Source: Octopus vulgaris
Lineage: Eukaryota
DNA: 64,000 bases
Assembly: GCA_951406725.2 (NCBI GenBank)
Contig: OX597814.1
Location: 16,430,001-16,494,000, forward strand
Reading direction: 5' to 3'
Within the stretch, counting starts at the first letter, position 1. Each line of letters begins with the position of its first letter. The notes under the pieces were generated by a model, which saw only the letters and a list, made by a program, of their open reading frames with translations, had not been told where the DNA came from and did no database searches. Shown here in pieces: positions 40,177 to 55,020 of the stretch. The position numbers were made by a program, and so were the translations under genes.

Positions 40177-40629
40177 CGATACTCATAAAGACGACGATGA
40201 TGATTATGATGATAATACTGATATGTGTGGAAGATGATGAAAAAAGGAGAGGCAAAAGTGGAGAACAACACAAAGGCGATAAAAGGAAAAGATGATCGAA
40301 TAACAGAATACGAATAACAGAATACTGTAAATACATAACACACACATATACGCACATATACACACAAATACTCGTACAGGTACAGATACACACAACGTAT
40401 ACGAGCACGCAACTCAAAATATACATACATGCAGCCTTACGCATCCTCACGCAATACATAGCGCAAGCAATTACACATATAAATCCAAAACCGTGTTCAT
40501 GCACACATACACATTCGCACACAGAAGCACGCACACACACACACACAGACACACACAGACACACACGCGCGCGCACACTTATATACGTGGGCACGCACGC
40601 TAAATGTTCAATTATTGTTCGTCCGTCCG

Positions 40630-41397
<768 letters not shown>

Positions 41398-41625
41398 TCG
41401 AACTCTTATTTATTTTGGTTCAGACAGCTCCGGTTGATTTCCGGAGTTTGTGAACTGTCGAAGATCGAAGTATTTAACTGGTAATTCTCATTCCCTAGAT
41501 ATCGTTCCCAAGAAATCCATAGACCATAGAGCAAAGCGAGTTGCATCCACAGATAAGTTCAACTGTTTGCTTACTGTTAGACATTTTGTTTTCTATCGTT
41601 TGTCATTTTATTGGTATTTTGCTTC

Positions 41626-41735
<110 letters not shown>

Positions 41736-42678
41736 CTTTACCATTATCTTTTTATTTTCTTTATGTTTGGTTTTTTGTTTTGTACTTTTCTTTTACTTTC
41801 ACATCCTCCAAAGCAAATAATTATTACCGATGTTGGAAGTATTCAAAGGCTTGGTTCAACTGAATGCAGTGAAGAGTATTGCCTTATACTTCTATGATAC
41901 ACGCAGATGAACATATAAGCATGTAAACATAAATACATAGTATAAACATACGTCCATAAATGTATACATACATACACACACGCACATAAACACACACACA
42001 TATTGTAGAAAGGTATATATCTTTACACATGCATCTGCACGAAAACCAATATTCACAAACTTTCATGCGTATATGTATGCATATATGTATGTATGTGTAT
42101 ATATATATATATATATAATTATGCAGGATGATTTTCTTAAAAACTATTATTTACATTAAAAAATTATTTTGTCAAAGAATTTATGAAATGAATTCATCAT
42201 GAAGAGTTATATAACTCTCCTCATTATAAGTTTTAAACAATAACAAATATTTGAAAATTCACAATTATAGAAACCATAAGATCTTAAATTTTGTGAAACG
42301 GGACCTAATTCTGCAGCCACCCTCTTGTACATTTTTAAAAGAGTCACAAATACTTTTAATGAAGATGAAATTCATATTAGAAGAAATACAGCACGTAACA
42401 AAATGAAGATACCTTCGTTTCGCTTTTAATACCTGAACAAATTAACGTCATAAAACCTATGAATGCGAAAGCATTGAAGATTAACGCCAATATATATTAG
42501 AAAACAAAGTGTGTCATTAAGTGTCTTATCTGCCTACAATGCATTTAGATTTACATCGACTGAACGGGATCAAAATCAGCACATAAGCAACAATTCAAAG
42601 ATTGATATATTAGAAACGCTAAGTATTGTGAGCATCTTTACAAGTGTGCAAATAGAAAACTGAAAACAGTCAATCTTC

Positions 42679-42749
<71 letters not shown>

Positions 42750-43399
42750 TTTTATTAAATTATCACCGACGAAAAGCCTAACGAGAATAACGTTTTGGAG
42801 AATTCGAAATTCGAAACTAAACTAGAAGTGTTTAACAAAGCAACAAAACACAATGAACTCTATACAGTCTGGTTTATAACACGGGTGTGTGAAAAGCTGA
42901 AAATAACGAAAAGTGCTTAACACAACACGAAAACGTCCTTTTTAATATATTTTGGGTCATTTTGTTAGTATGTATGTATGTGATTACGTGTTTTGACAGC
43001 AATATTAAGCGGTTTAGCTCTTATTTCTAGTAATATATGTGTGTCTAATAACGCCCTAGTCATATTTAAGTAACAGTTATAGTTTTCCTTTTTGGTAAAA
43101 TATTGCACACCGCTGTCTAGGTTAATTGTTTGTATATACATTAGCGATTCGCTATATCACGCATAGATTTCTATGGTGTAAACATATATATTGGCAGTGA
43201 TCTTTGTCCGAAGTCAGCCGAATCGAGCCGACCACTCTGAAAAGCTACGTTGAAAAACTGAAACTGATCGATCAGTATGGGGATAACTCGACCGATGCTT
43301 CCGGTTGATTATGGTCTCTGTTAGATATAATTCGATCAAAGATTGGTCCAGGCCATGTCTAATTTAATAGCAACACGTGATAGGATTAGCAAAATCTTT

Positions 43400-43740
43400 T
43401 TTAAGTCAAGTTTTGTGGTATCATGGTCCATTCGAGTAGGGAATTCTCCTTGAGTGAGTCGTATTCAGGTATAGGTGTCTTATCTGGTATTCCTTGAAGA
43501 TATTTTTCCAGCTTCCGTTTAAAGGATATTGGATCCTTTTCCTCTTTGATCTGTTTCGGGGCAACGATAAAGTAGGGCAGGGCCTGTTGCGAAAAAGAAA
43601 TTGTGTTACAGCGAATTAATGTGTTGCGATCCTTAATTGGGTATTGGACGTATGGCCCATGGTCCTAGCCTTGGATGAATTTTGAAGCTGGTGTTGAGGT
43701 CCTTTGGTCAATGCTGGTGATATATTCTTCACACCCTTTT
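43400..43740 (-). mobile_element. 3' end of a CR1/Jockey-group LINE ORF2
   Basis: HPRLGP...PKQIKEEKDPISFKRKLEKYLQGIPDKTPIPEYDSLKENSLLEW. Confidence 0.6.
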
Positions 43741-44077
43741 GTTTTGTATGATGAGACTAAAAGCAGCAGCAACATTCGAGGTGTGGCTGTACAAAGGAGG
43801 AGAAAAAGGGAATGATGACAGCTTGTTCTCTGGACCGGAAGGTTCTTAGGATCCAGGAGCTCATCCTACAAGCTATGTCAACCTTATTGTTGATGTGGGC
43901 ATTCCAGATTGATTGTTGTCAATAATTACTCCTAGCTTTCTGATGCTATTAGATGCTGTGATTAGTTCCCATCAAGGAAGAGTGTATGATTGTTTCTTCC
44001 AAAATGCATATACTCAAATTCTCCCTAGTTTACTTGCATTATGTGCTTTGAGTGCAGCATTAGGGGCTTTTTGCACC

Positions 44078-44725
44078 ATGCCAGCTGTTTCTAACATTCA
44101 GTCAGAAATTTGGAAATGATATGCTATACTGGTTGGCATTCGCGCCGGAAGCTCCAATACGAACATTTGAGAGTGTTTGGGTGTCAATCTGAAGACAGTG
44201 CAGATGATTCCGAAAGATTTGGATGAGTCTAACGGTGATCAGGAAAGCACGGCAGCTCGGAAAACTCATCGTTCTGATAAGAAAAAAACTTCTGAATTTG
44301 TTGGTTAGATTCAGGCCATGATTGACGACCATCCTCCCAAGGCTATCAGGTCCTCCGCCAGGGACATGGGAATGTCTAAGTTTCTTATCAGTCAGGTAGT
44401 GCATGAAAACATTCGGTATTCCTCATACGAAAGAGAAAAGGGCCAATTTTTATCAAGGACAAGAGGAAAGACCGCACTATGAAGTTTGTAAACAAACTCA
44501 AGACACCCCTCCAAACAAACATGATTTGTTTTTCTCAGGTGAGAAACATTTCTGCCAGGATCAGATGATGAACATAGGTAACCGTTGGCTTGTCTTGTCC
44601 ACAAAACATGCCCTGAAAGTGATAAAAATCAAACATCCGGTCAACATCATGGTGTTTGGAGTGATCACTAGTGATGGCGATGTTATGCCGCAATTCATTT
44701 TCCTACACGGCCTCACACACAGACT
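44078..44725 (+). mobile_element. IS630-Tc1-mariner transposase relic (N-terminal half, possibly maT/DD37D-like)
   Basis: AMIDDHP.KAIRS.ARDMGMSKFLISQVVHENIRYSSY; FSGEKHFCQDQ...NRWL...KHPVNIMVFGVITSDGDVMPQFIF. Confidence 0.8.
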
Positions 44726-47700
44726 CTCTTTCTCTATCTGTTACACATACACAAACATAATTCTCCAAACAGTAACATCCTGACTTCAGAATTTAGTTCA
44801 GTCTGTTCCAACTATTATTCAATAATTTAATCGCAACGCAAGTACAAAAGATTAATTAGATATCAGCTGTTTGATCTTCGCTTCCATATCTTTAGTCAAT
44901 ATTGACGATAAGTTATTTTGCGGATTTTTGGCAAGGAGGATGTAAACGATGTTGGCCTTGCCTTACTGTTTCCTTGGACTCTCAGGATACCTGGAATTTG
45001 ACCAGATGATATGGAACTAGCTTCAGCGTACTACTCTGAGCTGTCAAACTATATGTTCTACTCCACATCACGTACCCCTTTTGTTTATTTGTTTAGTTTA
45101 TTATCACACAGAAGTGTTTATATCACACATAATTTTATGATCAGCTGTCAACTGTTTGAGTTTGCTCTGATAATGGAGAGAAGAATTTTCACCAAACTTC
45201 GTTATGGTGTAAATATTAACAAACTGCAATTGTTTATTACCAAGGAACGCTTATCGGATGAGTTTTAGATTTGTCATTAGCGCTATGACGGTATCGCAAA
45301 CATAAGAGGCCTCTTATAACTCTACTGCATTAGATATTTCAGCAATACCGACACTTATCAAACGTGAGAAACATCGTTACTGATTTACAATTCAGAGGCT
45401 AGTTTTAACTTAACTCTGAATTGTAAAATATAGTTAACGATTTTCGCGCTTATGGCAAGAGAACGCAGTTCACTCTGATCATATAGGAAACTATAAGGAG
45501 TCGTGTGACACTGTATATTCCGTGTATTCTGAATGCTCCGACAGTATACCAACATCTATGACAAATTAAATTCTGTTGACAACTGCTATTTTGCACAATG
45601 CTCAATGAGTCGTCTTATCAACATTCTCTTTGGCAAAATGCTTCGTGCGATTCTTAATGCGCAAAAATGTTAAAATCAAGTGGAAAGAATGGGGGGGGGA
45701 ATGTGCTAGCAAGTGCCTCGTGGATTTCGTTTTGCCTCGCGAGAATCAGTATATATGGTGGTATGGAGGAAATCGAGCTCCTGGGTAAGGAATTTTAGAT
45801 GAAAATACCTGCTACTACATTCTACTACAGAATAAGATGGAGCCAACAAATAATGAGAAGTCAATATTCTGTAGAATTTTGTGGGAGCCAACAGTTCTCT
45901 GTTCTTTGGGATGTTTCTTCCTTTTTGATTTCTGTATGCCGTCTTATAAATTTTCCTCTGAATATGCGGACTATACAATATATATTTGATTTACATAATT
46001 CTATAGCAGAAAGTGGCAGCCAGAATTTATTATTCAAATTGCTCCAACACGATTTGAAGCTCCTTTCGATACCCCTGGCATTGTGCCTAAATCAGAAAGC
46101 CTTATTATTAATTATTTGGTCAAGGCTATTGATTTCAGAGAAAACTAACTGCCTGGTTTCTAGCACCGTCAGGTTGAAATTCTCAGTGGCAGTTATATTC
46201 TTCCATGAATTTATAGTGCTGCGTCGATATCAGATGTATATTAAGTTCCTTCTTTCGAAATTTACTGCGCAACAACCTTTCGCTTTAAAAGACCACAATT
46301 TAATGGTTTCTGAATTTAACTGGTCGAGTGATATTGATACGATGCTACAAATTTTTATATAAGTATAAGGCAATGAATTGAGCAGGGTGAAACACTCAAC
46401 GGAAGCAACACCAAATTCGGGAACAATAAAAAAAATGGGAGATCAATGTACTCAAATACACGACGCTTTATTCCTAGTATGTGTCGTTCTAGGGCCTCAT
46501 ACTTTAGAGTCTTGTTCAGATTTCATAAAATTTCATAGATGGCATCTAATTTCCATCCTGTTTTACTTCGGAGCCAGCTATCTTTTTATGAAGCTTTTGC
46601 TGCGCGCTAGAGCAGCTTTGAGTGAGCAGGCCGGAAAATAATAGATATTGCATTTGTGTTGTTCTTCAAATTATGAACGTTTCAGCTTTTGTAAGGCGAT
46701 ATAATGCAGTTTGACGAAAATTTGGATATTATTTCTCGCAGAAAGCAATCACAATATGTCAAATGTTACGTGAATAAATTGACGTCAAAGGAGAATTTCA
46801 TCGGCATGATATTGTATTTCTAGATTCTAGTGTAGCAGAAAATATTTGAGTCCAAGCTGAAATATATAATGTTGGGTCGTGGAAGGAACATGATTGAGTC
46901 AACTTCAGTTCAGATGTGATCAAATACAGCTGGATGAAATCAAAATTAATTGATATGTATTCTGCCAATCCGTTTCTGATATTCACAACACTATTATGCC
47001 ATATTGATTGCGTCACTGATATAACTACTGATAGTAATAGTAATGATTTAATTATTGTCAGTAATAATTAAGTGCGCAACGCTAGAAATTTTACGAATAC
47101 AATGTCAGTGCCTCTAATATAAATACATTTTATTCAATCCTTTGATTCTTCAGGAAATTCTCTGCTATAAAATCTTTTAATTAGACGGTCGGTGATTTCT
47201 TTCTAATCACCATCAGTAAAATTGTTTTGTTTTTTGTTGTTGCTGTAATACATTATCATTAAATAACTAGCTAAATGTATTTGTTTGTTTGTTTTTTCAG
47301 GACATTTATTATATCATTAATTGATGTTGTTAACGTGGGCATAATAATTAATATTTTATTTGAATACATCATAATTGATGACAGCCTGCAGAGGTATTCC
47401 GACAAAATAGTTGTTTCGAGAAAGGAAATGACTGAGTGAATTAGTAAATAAACAAAATGAAGAATCAAACACGTTATTTTTTAAAGTTATGACAATTTAA
47501 TATTTTATTAGCTCGTGCAATACTGTAAATATTATATCAATGTCACTACAGCGGAAGTTCATTTTTTAAACATTAGAAAAAAAATGTCGTCTCATCCTAT
47601 TTTCTGCTTTATGTAAGATGTATGTATTCATTTTATGTGATCATTTTGCATAATTGCATTCGCCTTGCAGCTGTTGTATTTGATATGGAGTTGGAATTCC

Positions 47701-47808
47701 CACTCCGATATCACTGGTTCGTATTGTGTGATTACCATTTCATTGAGGCTCTTATAATGGATGACTATCTTACCTACGTATAAATGTTTACGATTTGGAG
47801 GTAAAATT

Positions 47809-48034
47809 AAGGCGGCGAGCTGGCAGAACCGCTAACACGCCGGTCGGAATGCTTAGCGGTATTTCGGTTGCTGCTAAGTTCTGAGTTCAAATTCCGCCGA
47901 GGTTTACTTTGCCTTTCATCCTTTCGATTAAATAAGTACCAGTTACGCACTGGGGTCGATATAATCGACTTAATCCGTTTGTCTGTCCTTGTTTGTCCCC
48001 TCTGTGTGTAGCCCCTTGTGGGCAGTAAAGAAAT
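47809..48034 (+). mobile_element. SINE family B, full length
   Basis: Collinear with 9175-9399 and 56417-56650. Confidence 0.9.
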
Positions 48035-48736
48035 AGATATGTAGGTAAAACACTTCACTCTAGCACTTGTAATATGTTTGTTTGAGATCGATAAACCATG
48101 CTCATTACTTTATGTATCTTCAATGGCACTGATTAGACGGAATTGTTAGAGTCTACTAGAAAATGCCAAGCGGTAATTATTCTGGCTATTTACGTTGTAA
48201 ATTCCAAATCACCGAGGCCAGTTTTGCCTGTATTCCTGCAATGAAGTAGTAGTCTAGTACTTAAAACACTTTAATCTACTAACCTTCTTCACGCCATGTT
48301 TTAGTCTTATAAGTATATTATAAACAATCAACTGTACAGCTATATTATGAACAATTAACAGCGTATTCGTTAAACAGCTAATGTAGACTTTAAACTTGTG
48401 TCATGATAACTTTATCAGGGACTACTTTCCGTGGATTAAAACAAAAACCTATAAGCATGAAAGAAAAGTATTCAAAGTTTAAATGACTAACTTTTACAAT
48501 GCTGTTACTCGCTCACCGTCTTTTGTCATGCGCAAAATCAGGCTGGTACATCGAACAGTTCTTTTCCTACCTTCGATATATCATTATTGTCAGACGGCTC
48601 TGTCATAAAAATCGATCTGCTATTAGCTTTTTCACGTCTGAGAGGGTCGTTTTGGAGAAAAGATAATGTGTGATGAAAACAGAGGCTCCATAAATACCTG
48701 ATGATCAGTTTGAACATTTTCCGTGTTTGTCTCATC

Positions 48737-48950
48737 TATGTTTAGCCCTTTGTGGGCAATAAAGAAAGAAGAAACCTTAGCACGCCAGGCGAAATGATTA
48801 GCGGTATTTTATTAGCATTAGCCGAGGTCGACTTTGTCTTTTATCCTTTCGGGGTAAATAAATTAAGTACTACTTACGCATTAGGGTCGATCTAATCGAC
48901 TGGCTCCCTCCCACAAAAGATTTCGGGCCTTTCGCTTTGGGTAGAAAAGA
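48737..48950 (+). mobile_element. SINE family B tail-to-head dimer junction, degenerate
   Basis: B 3' end (TTTAGCCCTTTGTGGGCAATAAAGAAA) runs directly into a truncated B head (GAAACCTTAGCACGCC). Confidence 0.7.
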
Positions 48951-48989
48951 ATATTTGTTGGAAAAGCGTAGGTGGAGAGAATAGCGGGG

Positions 48990-49590
48990 AAGGTTGTAGC
49001 TGGCCAGGAAGGACTGGGCGAAGTGTTTGGAACAATGTCTTGCAGGTGACATACTTAGAAAATGTCTGCTAGAGGAGAAGCATATAACAGGACTCTAGCC
49101 TGAGATTATATACAATTATCTCTGACTCTGGAATAAAGCCATGATTTTTAGGATTGAAATTGAAGGTGTGCAATTAAAGGTTCATTTTCTTGGTAACCAC
49201 TTGGCCCCAACCTGTTAGTGGGGGTGTCTGAGCAGTACATTATGAAAATGTCTTCGATTATTCTCCGGAACTGCTGAAGCTTCGTTTGTGAGATTTCCAA
49301 ACGAAGTACTTCGAATGTAGCAGATGTTCATGTTTCCTTCCAGAAAGATCAGTTTCTCCAGGACTAAGTAATGTAAATGGTGCCGCATAGTAGAGCGATG
49401 ATTTTTCACATGTGGTCACTAAAAGGGCGGTTTTCGATGTCGATGGTTGTACAGTTTCCAAAGCTCTAATCTTTTTCAAAACACCTACAAACTATCATCT
49501 GAACATGGAAACTTTATTAATTTTATTGTGACACCATCACTAGATACATCATGAACCAGGACATAGGAAGACTCCACAGGCTTCCTTGCA
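48990..49590 (-). mobile_element. Highly decayed RTE-like LINE 3' fragment
   Basis: Scattered residues (SLYYAA.FTL, LTNE) in the order expected downstream of the RT; many frameshifts. Confidence 0.3.
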
Positions 49591-49593
49591 GCA

Positions 49594-49991
<398 letters not shown>

Positions 49992-50002
49992 GTAGTAGTA
50001 GT

Positions 50003-50041
<39 letters not shown>

Positions 50042-50055
50042 ATTATCATTATCAT

Positions 50056-50093
<38 letters not shown>

Positions 50094-50477
50094 TCATTAT
50101 TCACTTTACACTTTCATTTTGGAGTCGTATGCCTTGTTGTCAATAGCAGTCCTTTAATGGAAAGAAGACGTTGAAAAAACAAAATCTTCCACAAAAATAG
50201 ATGGAATTACAACGAAAAGAATAAAAGAAAGCAAGCACTCAAATAAACATTGAAGAGAATAAAAAGGCCAACATCAGAAAAAGAAAAAGCAAATTCAAAT
50301 CAGTTTTGTTTACTGCTTGTAGAATTTCAGGTTGATTCTTGGTGAGGGAGAAAAACATCTTGGCAACATATTAAAGTTAGGAAACTTCAGGCTTTCTGAA
50401 AACAGATTTCTCCTGTTGGCTTGTATCGCCAGTACATTTGGCAACTTCCCATTATCTTAAGGTTGTTCTTAAATTAC

Positions 50478-50667
50478 GTTGGATCAATTGGCTGACATGC
50501 GAAGATTCGGTCGACATACAATGGACTCCCATTTCTTGACATTACTACAACTGGCTGCGTTCCAGCAAGTGCTATACGATTAGGGTACCACATATAGCTA
50601 TGTGTGATAGAAAACGGTTTAAAACTATTGATCTTCTTCACGCAGAACCTATGACACTTCTTCCGTG
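50478..50667 (-). CDS. Candidate 190-bp coding exon; unidentified
   Basis: Acceptor TTATTTACATTCCCAG; single open frame RKKCHRFCVKKINSFKPFSITHSYMWYPNRIALAGTQPVVVMSRNGSPLYVDRIFACQPIDPT; ends at AC|GTAATT (donor) or TAA (stop). Confidence 0.3.
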
Positions 50668-51214
50668 CTGGGAATGTAAATAATATTATCAAAACACACT
50701 TATAAATGAATGTGCACATGAATTTTCATAAGCGATATGTTTATATCTATGCAGTGTTACACACACACCTAGACACGTTAGCACACATATATAAACACAT
50801 ATTTCAAACAAAGACACAGACACAGAAGCACAGGAATAAACTAAAACAACGCCGGTGTATCTGTATTTGTGTGTGTGTGTACATTTTTACCCAGTATATT
50901 GGTGCAGTTTCTACTGAAACCTTGCCCACAGTTCTAGTTAACTAGTTTATCAACTTTTTTTTTTCTGTACTAATTCAGATTTATATCTGAATTAGTAGGT
51001 ATGTCTTTGAAATACAGGAGTGAAAATCTTGATATCTTTAGCGGGTTTCAGTACACAAATGTAAACACACGCATGCATACACACACACACACACACAAAC
51101 ACACACAAACACACGAAGGCACGCACTCACACATGTACGCACGCGCACACACAAATGTATGGTGTGAATATGAGTATGCGCATCACATGTATGTGTATAT
51201 AATAATAACGTAAC

Positions 51215-51580
51215 GTGATGTGGAGGGCTTTAGTATCAGCCATTCATTCCACAGTAGATGATATCCTTGACATCACGCTCATTTGAGCAGCAAAACTTAC
51301 TTCCGCGCTACTTGAAAGGAGTGTCTAACTAGCTCTTCGATCCCAAAACTCTTTTTTTGTTTTTGATTTTTTTAAATTCTTTTTTTGCTACTGAAATCCT
51401 GCTGTATTAAGAAATAGTGGTTGGAACGAAATTAGCTTGGAACTCTCTCAGAAGCATCTATAATGCTTCCTTCATGATATCTGGGCCTCTCTGTGTAGGA
51501 GCATCAGAAATGGTTTGATGATAGTTGTGCAAGTATTCAGTAGCCTATCAAAAGCTTGCACGAATCAAGGCCTGGATGAA
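51215..51580 (+). mobile_element. Decayed RTE-like LINE fragment (endonuclease-RT linker)
   Basis: WNSLRSIYNAS...HQKWFDDS.ASIQ resembles the RTE 'HQDWFDEN' motif. Confidence 0.4.
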
Positions 51581-51870
51581 TGATAAATATTCCTATGACT
51601 AAAAACAAGCATACAAAGAATGAGAGAAACAGTATTTCTCTCATACACACACACACTCACTCATACATACATACATACACATACACTCACTAATACACAC
51701 GCACGCACACATAATACTTCTATTTTTACAGTGATGAGATTTTCTTACGAATAAGTACTCTGCGATTTAAAGAATATTTGACGACTCTTTCTATGGCGTT
51801 CTAGCAAAGGCGTATCGAGTATCGCATTTACTTGCATCGAGTTTTATTGTCATCGTTGTCGTCAACTTAT

Positions 51871-52270
51871 AAGCGTAGGAGTGGCTGTGTGGTAAGTAGC
51901 TTGCTTACGAACCACATGGTTACAGGTTCGGTCCCACTGCGTAGCACCCCTTGCGCAAGTGTCTTCTACTATAGCTTCGGGCCGACAAAAGCCTTGCGAG
52001 TGGATTTGGTAGATGGAAACTGAAAGAAATCCGTCGTATATATGTGTATATGTATGTGTGTGTATATATGTTTGTGTGCCTGTGTTTGTCCCCCCAGCAC
52101 CATTGACAACCGGTGCTGGTGTGTTTACGTTCCCGTAAGTTAGAGGTTCGTCAAAAGAGACCGATAGAATAAGTACTAGGCTTCCAAAAAATAAGTCCTG
52201 TGTCAATTTGCTCGACTAAAGGCGGTACTCCAGCATGGCTGCACTCAAATGACTGAAACAAGTAAAAGAG
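51871..52270 (+). mobile_element. SINE family A, full length
   Basis: Collinear with 2545-2948. Confidence 0.9.
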
Positions 52271-52417
52271 TTTATATCGAACTAATCTATAATCGAAATC
52301 TAGATATACCTTAACAGGTACTCTTTTATTCATAGAATAGGCCGGATTACATTACCCACTAGGATTTGCTTTTTTTGTGGAAGATATGTTTTAAGGGAGA
52401 TTTCTTTGAGATTTCCT

Positions 52418-52905
52418 GCACGTCGAAAGACAACAGCTACCCTTTCTTGTTGGCTTTAATTTTCCCTGTTTGGCTTGGAGCATAAGAGTTTGACTGAATA
52501 CTTGTTGAAAACACAGCACAACTAAACACTACTTGCATGAGAGTGGATCTGGCATAATTTATATATACTTCTATCCTAGACTTTAAAATGATATTTACGG
52601 GACGGACCACGTCGCCCTATCGACCGCGTGTATCTCGTGACATCCTTCCGGCATCGGTCGCGGCTACGTTACCCACTAGGATTTGGGCGACACCGTGATG
52701 CTTAGGTGCGTTCTTTCGATATCGGGCACGTCGAAAGACAACAGCTACCCTTTCTTGTTGGCTTTAATTTTCCCTGTTTGGCTTGGAGCATAAGAGTTTG
52801 ACTGAATACTTGTTGAAAACACAACACAACTAAACACTACTTGCATGAGAGTGGATCTGGCATAATTTATATATACATCTATCCTAGACTTTAAAATGAT
52901 ATTTA
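52418..52905. repeat. 180-bp direct repeat (52418-52597, 52726-52905) with GC-rich spacer
   Basis: I counted two mismatches between the copies by eye. Confidence 0.95.
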
Positions 52906-53524
52906 TTCAAAAACTGTCCTACATACAAGCAGCTCATCAATTTAATTGTAACCGAGCCGCACATTCTGCAACGCGATAAACACAGGAAGACTTATCTTCA
53001 TAGTTATTCATATAGATGTACCACCTGCCAATATTATTGCTGAGAAAGTAGCTGAAAACTTGCATATCGAACAGAAGACGATATAATGTGACGTAGTTAT
53101 CAACGTAAAGATCTTAAGTCACGGAGAAAGCATATTTATTATTCCGTTGGTAATTGCAACGATCAACATGCTGCTGTATTGTTTTTCCTTCTTGTTACAT
53201 TATTAACGAGAAAACTTTCCCTTGAAAATAATATATACAAGAATATCAGGTCCAGGAAAGTCCATCCTACGTAGTGCAATTTGATGTTATAATACAATTC
53301 CTTTAAAAATCAATTTTGTCAAAAAGTAGACTGTAAAAATCGTATCTGGAATATATAGTTTTTTGAAAAACAAATATCATCGAATATTTGTGCATCCAAG
53401 CAAGATAAATTCTACTGCCTATTTAAAGATGCGAAACTTTGAGAATGTATGTTTGTATGTATGAATGAATGTATGCATGCGTGTATGTACATACATCTAT
53501 ATGTAAATACATGTATGTATATAT

Positions 53525-53757
53525 ATTTCTTTACTACCCACAAAGGGCTAAACATAGATGGGGACAAACAAGGACAGACAAACGGATTAAGTCGATTACA
53601 TCGACTCCAGTACGCAACTGGTACTTTATTTATCGACCCTGAAAGTGATGAAAGGCAAAGTCGACCTCGGCGTAATTTGAACTCAGAATGTAACGACAGA
53701 CGAAATACCGCTAAGCGTTTCGCCCGGCGCGCTAACGTTTCTGCCAGCTCGCCGCCC
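53525..53757 (-). mobile_element. SINE family B
   Basis: Reverse complement of family B. Confidence 0.9.
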
Positions 53758-53783
53758 TATATGTATGTATGTATATATGCATA

Positions 53784-53819
<36 letters not shown>

Positions 53820-54644
53820 TGTATGTATGTATGTATGTATGTATGTATGTATGTATGTATGCATATATGTATGTATGTATGTGTGTGTGTGTGTTTGTAT
53901 ACATGTATATCTCGTGGATTTCACTTACTACTGATGAACACAAAAAAATTAAACAGAACAATTACTGATGCTAATAAGAAAATATTACTTTTATTTCAAA
54001 AGCTAATTAGATATAGAAAATATTTAAAACGTTTGAAAGCAATAAAATATATTCTGATCCAGTGACACATAAACGGCAATCAGCTCGTGGAAACAAACAA
54101 GTTCTACCTATAAATGTGAAGAATTTCAACGACCATACCACGGGAATCAGAAAGATATACATTCGTAAGATCTCTGCCTCTCTGTCTGTTTGTCTGTCTG
54201 TCCGTCTGTCTTTCTGTCTGTCTCTCTCTCTCTCTCTCTTTATTTCTCTCAATATATACGCACAAATATATATATATATCACCGTGATCACCGTGACTGA
54301 CCAGGCAATCTTTTGTTGCTACACATCGCTGGTCACAATGCGCTTCGCATTGTTTTAGCCTTCAAATGACACCACCCCGCTGGCCAAGCGAGCAGACTTA
54401 TATATATATAGGGAGAGTTCAAGAAAAAGCACAAAAGACAAAAACAGGTGGTATACAAAACAAATAGATGTATTAGTATAACGCTCAGGAATTGGAAAAT
54501 GTTTTTAAACATTATCCTTTATTATCATAAGTGAAAAACTTCTATTCACTTCGGGATAGTATAGCCGCTTATGTGCTACTACGACTGAATAAACGTGCTA
54601 AGGTAAGCTGCAAAATTTGTTCTTGAAGGTATCTCAGGTATTTA

Positions 54645-54875
54645 AGGCGATGAGCTGGCAGAAACGTTAGCGCGCCGGACGAAATGCTTAGCGGTATTTC
54701 GTCTGCGGTCACGTTCTGAGTTCAAATTCCGCCCAGGTCGACTTTGCCTTTCATCCTTTCGGGGTCGATAAATTAAGTACCAGTTACGCACTGGGGTCGA
54801 TGTAATCAACTTAATACTTATGTCTGTCCTTGTTTGTCCCCTCTATGTTTAGCCCCTTGTGGGTAATAAAGAAAT
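54645..54875 (+). mobile_element. SINE family B with 18-bp flanking direct repeat
   Basis: AGGTATCTCAGGTATTTA at 54627-54644 and 54876-54893. Confidence 0.92.
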
Positions 54876-54964
54876 AGGTATCTCAGGTATTTATGTGTAG
54901 TTATGGTTTTGTGTTTGCTTTCTTGTAGGTATATATAAATATCTCATTTATTTCCTAAATGTAT

Positions 54965-55020
54965 GCTCTGCTGATGAGGTAAAGCCATGGGAGAGAACCA
55001 GAAATTAGCTAATCCAGGGC
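54965..55020 (+). ncRNA. Type I hammerhead ribozyme-like motif
   Basis: GCTCTG-CTGATGA-GGT...ACC-A-GAAA-TTAGCTAA-TC-CAGGGC: 6-bp stem I (one G-U), intact core boxes, palindromic stem III ATTAGCTAAT; one extra A before GAAA. Confidence 0.7.

Noticed and set aside
45799-46362. 187-aa plus-strand ORF; faint BEL/Pao integrase resemblance on the minus strand
   Set aside because: No recognisable domain on the plus strand; the minus-strand similarity (KFWLP..C) is too weak to call without a search.
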